A DNA stretch of 64,000 nucleotides from an uncultured Candidatus Saccharibacteria bacterium (GCA_964393835.1 CAYMUN010000001.1:15455-79454), one strand, 5' to 3'; numbered from the stretch's first letter, positions 29,482 through 37,914 are shown. The notes: generated by a model not told the origin, from the letters alone. Numbers and translations: made by a program.

Positions 29482-29725
29482 CGCAAGCTACTCCCTCTAC
29501 TGCCCTTTTTGTGTTGCCTAAGCATATATATTCCTTCAGTTACAGATTACCATAAGTGGCATACCAACAAAAGACTAAACCTCCCCGCACCTTGAATGAT
29601 AGATTTGCCCAACCTGGAGTAATGTCCGGGGGTTCTGCCCTTGAAGCACAAAGTATGCAGATGCCTTACAATGCCTTACTTTGTAAGGCAAGCTTCCTAT
29701 AACTACCGGTGGCCTTAGAGAACTA

Positions 29726-29740
29726 TCAAGCGCAGCTTGA
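29726..29740 (-). terminator. Weak terminator-like hairpin after the PfkB-family gene
   Basis: TCAAGC-tgc-GCTTGA (6-bp stem), about 20 nt past the stop, followed on the minus strand by TAGTTCTCT. Confidence 0.3.
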
Positions 29741-29761
29741 ACTCATCGAGCGTAGTAAGGC

Positions 29762-30766
29762 TTAATTCATCCGTGTCGGACGGTACCAGTCGGGTGAATT
29801 TTTGAGATAGTGCTCCAGCTCTTTTTCTTTAAGCAGGCCGGCCTGAGCCCCGACCTTTTGCACCACGCTCATCGAATTAATCGGCGCCCACTGCAGAGCG
29901 CCCTCAATCGTATTGCCCTTGATAATGGCCGCCACAAAGGTCGAAGCGAATGAATCACCCGCCCCGGTGCGATCAACTGGCGGGCCCGGATCAGGATACA
30001 ACGGCATTTGAAAACGGTTATTGCCATCAGAGGCATAGGCGCCGTTGGGCCCGTCGGTAATCACCACGATCCTCGGCCCCAAAGCATGTAATTTATTAAA
30101 TAAATCATGCACGTCGTCGTGATTGCCGCCACCGACCAGCACGGCCTCTTCGCGGTTGAGCACCAGCACTTCGCTCCGGGCATAAATTCGTTGCAGGCGC
30201 TCGGCTCCAGCTTCCATCTGGAACGTCCCGGGTTGGAAAGCCAGCTTGACGTCCGGGTTATCATCCAGCCAATCGGCTACCTGGTCATGATATGGTATCG
30301 CCAGCTTACTAATAGAGCTAAAATAGGCCCACTGGGGCGTTTCGGCCGGATGCAAATGCGGCCAATGATAGTCATACTCTTCGTGTTTGATTAGGATAGT
30401 GCGCTCCTCTTTATACCAGAGGACGTAATGGTAATTACTCTTTTTGCCGCGGTTGATACGCACAAAGCGGGTGTCGACATCTTGCTTGTCGAGGGCTTTG
30501 ATCATATCCCGCCCATGGGTATCAGCCCCGACATTGGTCACAAAGGCGCTATCCAGGCCCAGCCGGGCAAAGGCCACGGCGGCATTGGCGGCATTGCCGA
30601 CCGCCTCAATCACCTCCGCATGGTCAAACGGCAGCTTGGTACCAAACGGCATGGCCAGCCATTTGCCCTGGTCATTCTCGTATGTCACCGCCTGATCGTC
30701 AAATAATTTAATAAATGCGTCGGTCACGATGTCGCCGATACTCACCACATCTGGTTTGTCTGCCAC
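29762..30766 (-). CDS. PfkB-family carbohydrate/sugar-phosphate kinase
   Basis: 334 aa. Ribokinase-like fold with the C-terminal DRTGAGDSFAS motif. The substrate cannot be assigned from sequence alone. Confidence 0.85.
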   Translation of the reverse strand: MADKPDVVSIGDIVTDAFIKLFDDQAVTYENDQGKWLAMPFGTKLPFDHAEVIEAVGNAANAAVAFARLGLDSAFVTNVGADTHGRDMIKALDKQDVDTRFVRINRGKKSNYHYVLWYKEERTILIKHEEYDYHWPHLHPAETPQWAYFSSISKLAIPYHDQVADWLDDNPDVKLAFQPGTFQMEAGAERLQRIYARSEVLVLNREEAVLVGGGNHDDVHDLFNKLHALGPRIVVITDGPNGAYASDGNNRFQMPLYPDPGPPVDRTGAGDSFASTFVAAIIKGNTIEGALQWAPINSMSVVQKVGAQAGLLKEKELEHYLKNSPDWYRPTRMN

Positions 30767-30790
30767 TGCCCACCCCTTATGTTTTACTGC

Positions 30791-31717
30791 TTATGCTCTA
30801 TAGTGTAGCACAGCCTTGTCGGCGGAATTGAAATCATCGAGCTTGCTTTCCACGACGGCTTGGACGGCAGGCACGACTTCTTTGCTTATCAACTTGGCAA
30901 CCGAGTACTCTTTTGGGTTATCGGCCAGGATTTTCTCTAGGGTGGTACGGTAGGCGTAGCGCATATCACTGTTGATATTCACCTTGGTTACGCCGATCTT
31001 TACGGCGTCGCGAAAGTAGTGTCCTGGCGTGTCACTGCCGCCGTGCAGCGAGATGTTGCATTCAGCGGCCCAGCGCAATTTCTCCAGCAGCTCCAGGTCA
31101 AGTACCTTGGGCACCGGGTATTTACCATGGAGATTGCCGATGGCCGCCGCAAAGGTATCGATACCGGTCGCCTCGACAAAAGCCTTCATTCCCTCGGGCG
31201 TACTAAAAGTTTTTTTAATTTCATCATAATCAATCTTTTCGGCATGGACATTGGAACTACCGCCAAAGTAATGGGGCTCACTCTCGACCAGCGCGCCAGT
31301 CAGCTGAGCGTATTCCACCACTTCTCGAGTAGCAGCGATAATCTCCTCATCGGAAGCGTCGTGGTCGGCCTGGCTGACATCAATATGAATGAATTCAAAG
31401 CCGGCCTCGATACCGTCTTTGGCGGCTTCGACGCTGGGACTGTGATCGAGGTTGATATAAATCTCGACGCCATACTGATATTTAAAGTTATCGACCATAT
31501 CGCGGACGTTTTCCAGCCCGATATCATCAACTTCGCCCTGGCTAACTTCGACGAGAACCGGAGCGTTTTTGGCAGCGGCGGCCTGGACGACTGCCCGCAG
31601 GGTAGCTTCATCGTCGAGATTAAAGGCGCCAAAGGCCCATTTCTCGACGCGGGCCTGGGCCATGCGTTCTCTAGCCTGGGCGCAGTTGCGCCGCATTTCT
31701 CTCAGTGTTAAAGGCAT
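30791..31717 (-). CDS. fba: Class II fructose-bisphosphate aldolase
   Basis: 308 aa. FGAFN, NLDHS, HIDVS, NLHGKY and LHGGSDTP metal/substrate motifs. Confidence 0.9.
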   Translation of the reverse strand: MPLTLREMRRNCAQARERMAQARVEKWAFGAFNLDDEATLRAVVQAAAAKNAPVLVEVSQGEVDDIGLENVRDMVDNFKYQYGVEIYINLDHSPSVEAAKDGIEAGFEFIHIDVSQADHDASDEEIIAATREVVEYAQLTGALVESEPHYFGGSSNVHAEKIDYDEIKKTFSTPEGMKAFVEATGIDTFAAAIGNLHGKYPVPKVLDLELLEKLRWAAECNISLHGGSDTPGHYFRDAVKIGVTKVNINSDMRYAYRTTLEKILADNPKEYSVAKLISKEVVPAVQAVVESKLDDFNSADKAVLHYRA

Positions 31718-31723
31718 AGCGGC

Positions 31724-31752
31724 AGTATAGCCGCTTATGCTTGCAAAACCAA
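31724..31752 (-). promoter_or_regulatory. fba promoter TTGGTT-17-TATACT, 6 nt from the ATG
   Basis: On the minus strand, TATACT is at 31729-31724, followed by GCCGCT and then the ATG at 31717. Confidence 0.4.
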
Positions 31753-31769
31753 GTCAATAAATATATAGT
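31741..31769 (+). promoter_or_regulatory. Promoter TTGCAA-17-TATAGT, 7 nt from the ATG at 31777
   Basis: TTGCAA at 31741-31746 and TATAGT at 31764-31769. The TTG start in the track is actually the -35 hexamer. Confidence 0.5.
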
Positions 31770-31776
31770 GACATAT

Positions 31777-32259
31777 ATGTCCGATAAATTCAAAGGCGGC
31801 CTAGAGCTCCTCAAACCTCTCGACGAGGCCTGCGACTCACATGAGGCCATTGGCCTGTGGTGGGCGGGTGTTATACTCAGTGCCCGTTTTAAGGCTCCCG
31901 GCCGTGAGAGCCCGGATCCGATTCGCCGGGCATTGGCGATCATCCTGGAGGAACAAAAAAAGAGTGATCTTTTAGAGACCCAGCATCTCGAGGTCATGAG
32001 CAAGATTGGCGGTTTTGCGACGGCCGTAGCCCACCTTTCCCGCACCAATGAATTAATTGTTATTGGTGCCGATTATACTCCGGACGCTACTTTGACTGAG
32101 GCGGCACAGCTAGCTGATCTGGGAGTGCTGGTGGAGCACAATCTTTTCCCATACAAAAGTGCCACCCTTAATCATGGATCTCATGTTGTTGGCCGAGAGG
32201 GCGAGAGAAGCCCCGTGCAGCAAATCTGGCCGCCCGAAGCACTTCCTCCCGCAGCTTAA
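31777..32259 (+). CDS. Hypothetical 160-aa protein, opposite strand inside the sugar-phosphate gene block
   Basis: ATG at 31777 (MSDKFKGGLELLKPLDEA...). Its stop overlaps the tkt C-terminal subunit stop in TTAA (32256-32259). No domain recognised. Confidence 0.6.
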   Translation: MSDKFKGGLELLKPLDEACDSHEAIGLWWAGVILSARFKAPGRESPDPIRRALAIILEEQKKSDLLETQHLEVMSKIGGFATAVAHLSRTNELIVIGADYTPDATLTEAAQLADLGVLVEHNLFPYKSATLNHGSHVVGREGERSPVQQIWPPEALPPAA

Positions 32260-33227
32260 CTTATTTTGAGAACGGCGTGGGCCGCCAAGTGGATGTGTTT
32301 GGCGTCGAGGCCGAAGTATTCGTATAACTCGGCTGGGGAGCCGGATTCGCCGAAGCGATCCTGCATACCGATGCGTTTCATTGGCGTCGGACAGGCTTCG
32401 CTTAATAGCTCGGCGATGGCACCACCGAGGCCGCCGATAATTTGACCCTCTTCGGCGGTGACGACATGGCCGGTCTTACGGACGCTTTTTAGGATAGTCT
32501 CAGTATCCAACGGTTTAATAGTCGATATATGAATAACTTCGGCTTCGATACCATCTTTGTACAGCAATTCGGCTGCCAGCAGCGCCTGGTAGGTCATGGT
32601 ACCGGTAGCCATCAGCGTGATGTCGGCACCTTTTGCAAAGACGTATGCCTGACCGATTTTGAACGGGGTCTGGGCGGTAGTGATAATCGGTGTCGCTTCG
32701 CGGGCTAGGCGCAAGTAATTGGGCCGCTTGTCAGCCGCCATAGCCAGCGTGGCTTTTTCGGCTTCCACGCTGTCACAAGGCGCGATAACCACCATGTTGG
32801 GTAAGACGCGCATCAGAGCGACGTCCTCGAGCATTTGATGGGTAGCACCATCGGGGCCCACACTGACGCCGGCATGGCTGCCAACGACTTTGACCGGCCG
32901 ATCATTGAGGCAAATGGTAGTGCGGATCTGCTCCCAGTTACGTCCGGGACTAAAAGCGGCATAGGATGACACAAACGGAATTTTGCCCATCGCTGCCATG
33001 CCAGCTCCAACTGTCACGAGATTTTGTTCGGCGACGCCTATTTCGACGAAACGGTCAGGGAATTCCGCCTTGAACAAGCTCATTTGGGTCGAATCAGTCA
33101 GATCGGCGCAGGCCGCCACGACATTTTCATCGCGTTTGCCGGCTTCCAGCAAGCCTTTGCCGAAACCCTTGCGAATCGGCTCGCTCTCCAGCTTGCCCGT
33201 GATATCAATTAGGTGCATGTCGCTCAT
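32256..33227 (-). CDS. tkt: Transketolase, C-terminal (pyrimidine-binding) subunit
   Basis: 323 aa. FVEIGVAEQNLV and GPDGATHQ motifs of the TK Pyr/C-terminal domains. Confidence 0.9.
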   Translation of the reverse strand: MSDMHLIDITGKLESEPIRKGFGKGLLEAGKRDENVVAACADLTDSTQMSLFKAEFPDRFVEIGVAEQNLVTVGAGMAAMGKIPFVSSYAAFSPGRNWEQIRTTICLNDRPVKVVGSHAGVSVGPDGATHQMLEDVALMRVLPNMVVIAPCDSVEAEKATLAMAADKRPNYLRLAREATPIITTAQTPFKIGQAYVFAKGADITLMATGTMTYQALLAAELLYKDGIEAEVIHISTIKPLDTETILKSVRKTGHVVTAEEGQIIGGLGGAIAELLSEACPTPMKRIGMQDRFGESGSPAELYEYFGLDAKHIHLAAHAVLKIS

Positions 33228-33538
33228 GTCGTCACCTTACGACTGGTCATCCGCCAAGCCGCCGTAAACAAGCTATACGTCAAAGCAACAGACAGGCCAA
33301 ACAAGATAAGGAATAGTAGATCCCCGGCATTGATCCCGCGTTTGCCACACGTGACAATATGGAGGCCGTTGTTATTGGTGCTGCATGGGCGAAAGGCCGC
33401 TAGGTCAATCAACAGTAACCGGCCGGTGGCATAGGGCACCAGTAAACTAATAAAGCTGGCTATCCAGCTCAACCCGATTATGGCCGGCGAACGGCGCTCG
33501 GCAAACTGGCCATTGCGTTTGCGTTTTGCCTTATTCAT
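33224..33538 (-). CDS. Small (104-aa) two-TM protein between the transketolase halves
   Basis: Its ATG at 33538 overlaps the tkt-N stop (ATGAATAA), and its TGA overlaps the tkt-C ATG (ATGA). Basic N-terminus MNKAKRKRNGQFAERR followed by two hydrophobic helices. Confidence 0.5.
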   Translation of the reverse strand: MNKAKRKRNGQFAERRSPAIIGLSWIASFISLLVPYATGRLLLIDLAAFRPCSTNNNGLHIVTCGKRGINAGDLLFLILFGLSVALTYSLFTAAWRMTSRKVTT

Positions 33539-34385
33539 GTTCACTCCGAATTTTGCCACCGAGAGTGCGCAGCTCGTGGAGGGCTTTTTTAGCCTGCTCA
33601 TGGTTGGGCGGGGCGCCATGCCAGTGAAAATCGTACTCCATGAAATCCACCCCTTTACCGGGAATAGTATGGGCGATAATCATAATCGGCTTCTCAACGA
33701 TAGCTTTAGCCATGGCGCAAGCGTCGATGACGGCTTCGATATCGTTACCGTTGATTTCCAACACATGCCAGCCAAAGGCTTCCCATTTTTCCTTTAAATC
33801 TTCCAGCGGCATGACTGCTTCGGTGGGCCCGTCAATCTGGATATTGTTGCGGTCAATGATGCCGATGACATTATTGAGCTTATATTTGCCGGCCAGCATG
33901 GCGGCTTCCCAGATATTACCCTCGTCGAGTTCACCGTCGCCCATGACTACGTAGACCCAGCGATGCTGCTGGTTGTTCATCCGTAGAGCCAACGCCATGC
34001 CACAAGCTTGGCTCAAGCCACAACCTAAGGGGCCACTGGTGGTTTCCATGCCTGGCAGGCGCGTACGCTCCGGGTGACCCTGCAAGCGTGAGCCCAGCTG
34101 GCGCAGTGTCAACAGCTCTTTACGGTCAAAGTAACCGACGTTGGCCATGGTGGCATAGCGCACGGGTACGCAGTGACCATTGCTCAGCAACAGCATGTCA
34201 CGCTCTTCCCAATCCGGGTTTTTGGGATCGTGCTTCATAACGTCAAAATACAGAGCCGTAAATATATCAGCTAGCCCTAAGGGCCCGGCGCTGTGACCAC
34301 TGCCGGCGTGCTCCAGCATACGGATGATATCCTCCCGGATATCATTGGCAATAGTCTCCAGTCGCTCCAGTGGTAATTTTTGCAT
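33531..34385 (-). CDS. tkt: Transketolase, N-terminal (TPP-binding) subunit
   Basis: 284 aa. AGSGHSAGPLG, GHPE and MGDGELDEGNIWEA TPP-binding motifs. Confidence 0.9.
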   Translation of the reverse strand: MQKLPLERLETIANDIREDIIRMLEHAGSGHSAGPLGLADIFTALYFDVMKHDPKNPDWEERDMLLLSNGHCVPVRYATMANVGYFDRKELLTLRQLGSRLQGHPERTRLPGMETTSGPLGCGLSQACGMALALRMNNQQHRWVYVVMGDGELDEGNIWEAAMLAGKYKLNNVIGIIDRNNIQIDGPTEAVMPLEDLKEKWEAFGWHVLEINGNDIEAVIDACAMAKAIVEKPIMIIAHTIPGKGVDFMEYDFHWHGAPPNHEQAKKALHELRTLGGKIRSEHE

Positions 34386-34388
34386 GTT

Positions 34389-35024
34389 CTAGACCTTAGT
34401 CATTACTGATTTCAGTTTAGCATAAGCTTCGGCAGGGGCTGGGGAATTTTGAACATACCCCCCGACATTGAGGACATCGATGCCGGCCCGGATAAGCGCC
34501 GCGGCGTTGTGGTCGTCGATACCGCCGTCCCAGCCGATTTCCGCGTCCGGGTGATGATCCCGGATTTTTTTGACTTTATCGAGTAGAGCCAGATCGGCTA
34601 CCCCGCCATGTTTGCCAAGGTCACCGCTAAAAACCAGGACGTGATCAAAACTGTGCATAATCTGGTAGGCGTATTCCACGGGGGTATCGGCCAAAATTGC
34701 CAAGCCCGTTTTGATATCATGCTCGTGCAAGCGGGCGGCAAAGTCCATATGATGGACGTCAGCTTCGTTGTGAATCACCACCAAATGCGGTTTTAGCGTA
34801 ATAAGTTGATCGAGCTGACTCATTGGCTTTTGATACATCAGGTGAATATCGGCCAGGATTTCATGTGGCCACCAGATCTGCTCCAGGCCAGGTGAGATGG
34901 TCGGCGCGAATTCACCATCCATAAGATCGATGTGCACGCGCTTGGCAAACGGTATGATTCGCTCCATTTGAGTTCGGTATTGATGCGGGTCGTAAGCCGT
35001 GACCGTTGGGCAAATAATTGCCAT
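34389..35024 (-). CDS. rpe: Ribulose-phosphate 3-epimerase-like protein
   Basis: 211 aa. TIM-barrel pattern (HIDLMDG.F.P, H.M, VIHNE, ending in G...GGI). Confidence 0.75.
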   Translation of the reverse strand: MAIICPTVTAYDPHQYRTQMERIIPFAKRVHIDLMDGEFAPTISPGLEQIWWPHEILADIHLMYQKPMSQLDQLITLKPHLVVIHNEADVHHMDFAARLHEHDIKTGLAILADTPVEYAYQIMHSFDHVLVFSGDLGKHGGVADLALLDKVKKIRDHHPDAEIGWDGGIDDHNAAALIRAGIDVLNVGGYVQNSPAPAEAYAKLKSVMTKV

Positions 35025-35026
35025 GG

Positions 35027-35476
35027 TTAGGCCAGGAGGTTATCGAGTTGTTGGATACGACGGGCCATTTCGGGAGTTTCCTCATATGGTGTAGCCAGCC
35101 AAGTAGCCATTACCGAGCCGGCTTCCTCCAAGGAGAGATAGGTGGCTGATAGACAGAGCACATTACTGTTTTCATTAGTGCGGGCGGTGCGGGCGGCACT
35201 GGCATTCCAGCACAAACTGGCGCGAATGCCTTTAAATCGATTGGCTGCCATGCACATGCCCTGGCCGCTGCCGGATAGCAAAATCCCTCGAGTCTCGGGG
35301 TCATTGGCGATGAGAAGCTGCTGGGCGACCTTAGCGGCGAATTCCGTAAAGTCGTCATTGGGATCCAGATGCGCATTGCCCTGGTCAATTACCTCATGAC
35401 CAGCCTGCTGCAAAGCTAAGGCTAATTTGTCTTTGTACTCCATGCCGGTATGGTCGGCCCCGATAATAACCTTCAC
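35027..35476 (-). CDS. RpiB/LacA/LacB-family sugar-phosphate isomerase paralogue (divergent active-site loop)
   Basis: 149 aa. GADHTG plus the loop GILLSGSGQGMCMAANRFKG, which lacks both the E. coli-type Cys and the M. tuberculosis-type Glu. Confidence 0.75.
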   Translation of the reverse strand: MKVIIGADHTGMEYKDKLALALQQAGHEVIDQGNAHLDPNDDFTEFAAKVAQQLLIANDPETRGILLSGSGQGMCMAANRFKGIRASLCWNASAARTARTNENSNVLCLSATYLSLEEAGSVMATWLATPYEETPEMARRIQQLDNLLA

Positions 35477-35970
35477 GCGATCTCCGCGTCTAATTTCTTA
35501 ACCCGCCGACTGTGGCGCTCAGCACCGCTAAATGGTGTTTCCAGCCAGATTTTGATGGCAGTTTGCATTTCTTGGATTGTCAGGAAACGACCTGACAGGC
35601 TGAGCACGTTGGCGTCATTATGCTGACGAGAAAGTCTCACAATCTCGTAGGGATCATCGCTGATCGTGCCCGCGGCGTCAACGGCCGCCTTGGCGATTAC
35701 CGGCCCGTAAAATAGCGCACAGCGTACGCCTTTGATCCGGTTAGCGGCCATCGCTTCGCCCTGGCCGCTGCCGCCCATGATTATCCCCCGCTCACAGTCA
35801 CCGCTGGCTACTGCCCGGGCTGCCGGAAACATAAAATCCGGGTAATCATCGTCAGCGTCAAACTGCTGCGGGCCGAAATCAACGCATTCATGCCCCAACG
35901 AGGTAATATACCCCTTTAAATCCTGGAGAGCCTCAAAACCAGCGTGATCAGTCGTAACGGCAATCTTCAT
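35473..35970 (-). CDS. rpiB: Ribose-5-phosphate isomerase B (M. tuberculosis-type, Glu catalytic base)
   Basis: 165 aa. TDHAG and GIIMGGSGQGEAMAANRIKGVRCAL closely resemble the GGSGNGE loop. ATGA overlap with the downstream paralogue. Confidence 0.85.
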   Translation of the reverse strand: MKIAVTTDHAGFEALQDLKGYITSLGHECVDFGPQQFDADDDYPDFMFPAARAVASGDCERGIIMGGSGQGEAMAANRIKGVRCALFYGPVIAKAAVDAAGTISDDPYEIVRLSRQHNDANVLSLSGRFLTIQEMQTAIKIWLETPFSGAERHSRRVKKLDAEIA

Positions 35971-36041
35971 TGCTTCTAGTATAGCCCCCTATAATTGCAA
36001 GAACCAGCAAAATTATTCCGAGCCCTGAAAAACTTCATAGA

Positions 36042-37085
36042 CTAATCGTGATGCTTAGAGTGATCCTCTTTGGTGTGGAGTAAGCGGCCAGTGTCGGCGA
36101 CTACTTCAACCAACCGATTACTATAGCCCCACTCGTTATCGTACCAGGCGACGACTTTGAGCATGTTGTCGCCGACGACATTGGTCAGCTTTAGATCGAC
36201 AATGGCCGAGTGGCTGTTACCGATAAAATCACTGCTAACTAATTCCTCCTCTGTTACTGCCAAAATACCTTGGTAAAATGGCTCGGCGGCGGCCTTTTTA
36301 AAGACCTCGTTGACAGCTTCAACGGTAACTGGTTTTTTGGTAATAATCACGAAATCACTTAATGAAACCACTGGGGTCGGGACGCGGACGCTCATACCGC
36401 CAAAGATGCCTTGCAGAGCCGGCAAAGCTTGGCCGGCAGCGATGCTGGCGCCGGTCGTTGTCGGCACGATGTTTTCGGCGGCGTTGCGCATCTCGCGCTT
36501 GTCTTTGGCGCCGGGGCCGTCTTGGAGCATCTGGGAGGCAGTGTAGCTATGCACAGTGGTCATCATGGCTTTATCGATGCCAAAATGGGCCTCGATAATG
36601 GCGGAAACCGGGGTAATACAGTTGGTGGTACACGAAGCGTTACTAATAATGTCCGAAGCGCCGTCAAGAGCGTCTTCGTTGACGCCGAGAACAATGGTGG
36701 TCGCGCCCTCGCCTTTGGCGGGAGCGCTTAGTACAACTTTTTTAGCGCCGGCATCAATATGCGCCTTGGCCTTGGCAGGATCGACAAAAAAGCCAGTTGA
36801 TTCGATGACTACGTCTATTTTGTGCTCTTCCCAGGGCAGTAGCGCTGGATCACGCTCCGCAAACACCTGGATATGCTTACCGTCCACGATGATACCTTTG
36901 TCATCGTGACCGACCTCTTTGCCGTAGGTCCCGTAGTTGCTGTCGTGCTTCAGCAGGTGGGCCAGCGTCTCGGTACTGGTCAGGTCGTTGATGGCCACAA
37001 TCTGCAGGTCGTCGCGCTCAAACGCCACTTTAAAGGCATTGCGCCCGATTCGTCCAAAACCATTGATAGCCACCCGTGTTTTCAT
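36042..37085 (-). CDS. gap: Glyceraldehyde-3-phosphate dehydrogenase
   Basis: 347 aa. INGFGRIGR NAD-binding motif and SNASCTTNC active site. Promoter TTTACA-16-TACACT and SD AAGGA upstream. Confidence 0.97.
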   Translation of the reverse strand: MKTRVAINGFGRIGRNAFKVAFERDDLQIVAINDLTSTETLAHLLKHDSNYGTYGKEVGHDDKGIIVDGKHIQVFAERDPALLPWEEHKIDVVIESTGFFVDPAKAKAHIDAGAKKVVLSAPAKGEGATTIVLGVNEDALDGASDIISNASCTTNCITPVSAIIEAHFGIDKAMMTTVHSYTASQMLQDGPGAKDKREMRNAAENIVPTTTGASIAAGQALPALQGIFGGMSVRVPTPVVSLSDFVIITKKPVTVEAVNEVFKKAAAEPFYQGILAVTEEELVSSDFIGNSHSAIVDLKLTNVVGDNMLKVVAWYDNEWGYSNRLVEVVADTGRLLHTKEDHSKHHD

Positions 37086-37168
37086 GCTTGTTCCTTGTTT
37101 ATGTTTTTAGTGTAGCGCTTATGCTCCGATTGTAAAACTTTACCCCTGACAGTACAACCCTCTTCTGA

Positions 37169-37843
37169 TTACAGGATCATGGAGACTAGCAGCGAGAATA
37201 CTACAACAATGAATGCCGCTGCTATCAGCATTGCTAAGAAGACGCCACTAAGTGCCTTGCCTACCCTAGCCTGGGGGGTGGCAGATTTGGCAATCCACCA
37301 CTGTAAAAGTGGACGTATAAGTAAATAACTTAATAGAACCAAGAGGCTATACTGAAAAATATTTATGAAATCTCGAACTAAGGCAACGCTAGAATTGTCG
37401 GCACCAGCCACTTGATACGTAATCAGCAGAAAGGCTGACAGAGCCGACAAGGCAATTACCGTCGGGTCTTTAAGAATGTTGATCGTCATGTGCTTACGCC
37501 ACCATGTGGCACTTAATAAAATAAAGCCAAACCATAGCATGAACGACCAGCCGAAAGCCGAAATGTTAAAACTGCTACTCTGGCTAATCCTTTTGGCTGT
37601 ATTGGGGTCGGGTGCTTTAGCGCTGGTTTCATAGACTAATGTTTTGTAGGGAAAGGGAAAGCCGCGCTTTGCCGTGGTAGTCAGCGTGGTCTGACATGGT
37701 GGATCCCCCACGACATGCGTACAAACCTGGTCTTTATAGGGCGTGGAGACATTAGGTCGCAGGAACTGGCTGGCATAAGTCAAACCATGGCTAAGGATAA
37801 TCGCCACTATCAATATGCTTGGCTTTGAGGCATTGGGGCGCAT
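37169..37843 (-). CDS. Hypothetical polytopic membrane protein
   Basis: 224 aa with about 5 hydrophobic helices. No recognised family. Confidence 0.6.
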   Translation of the reverse strand: MRPNASKPSILIVAIILSHGLTYASQFLRPNVSTPYKDQVCTHVVGDPPCQTTLTTTAKRGFPFPYKTLVYETSAKAPDPNTAKRISQSSSFNISAFGWSFMLWFGFILLSATWWRKHMTINILKDPTVIALSALSAFLLITYQVAGADNSSVALVRDFINIFQYSLLVLLSYLLIRPLLQWWIAKSATPQARVGKALSGVFLAMLIAAAFIVVVFSLLVSMIL

Positions 37844-37914
37844 CCCAGCCAGTATAGCATTATCCTATCTGCCCTTTAGGAGTGTGTATACTTGAGTGTC
37901 CACAGGTCTAGCAA

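Noticed and set aside
29482-29761. SRP RNA, 6S RNA, tmRNA or RNase P RNA in the long spacer
   Set aside because: I could not find the conserved SRP domain IV motif, a tmRNA tag/acceptor end or RNase P conserved regions. The spacer is kept only as an unexplained structured region.
31019-31711. 230-aa plus-strand ORF
   Set aside because: It lies entirely antisense to the well-supported class II aldolase gene and is a typical shadow ORF.
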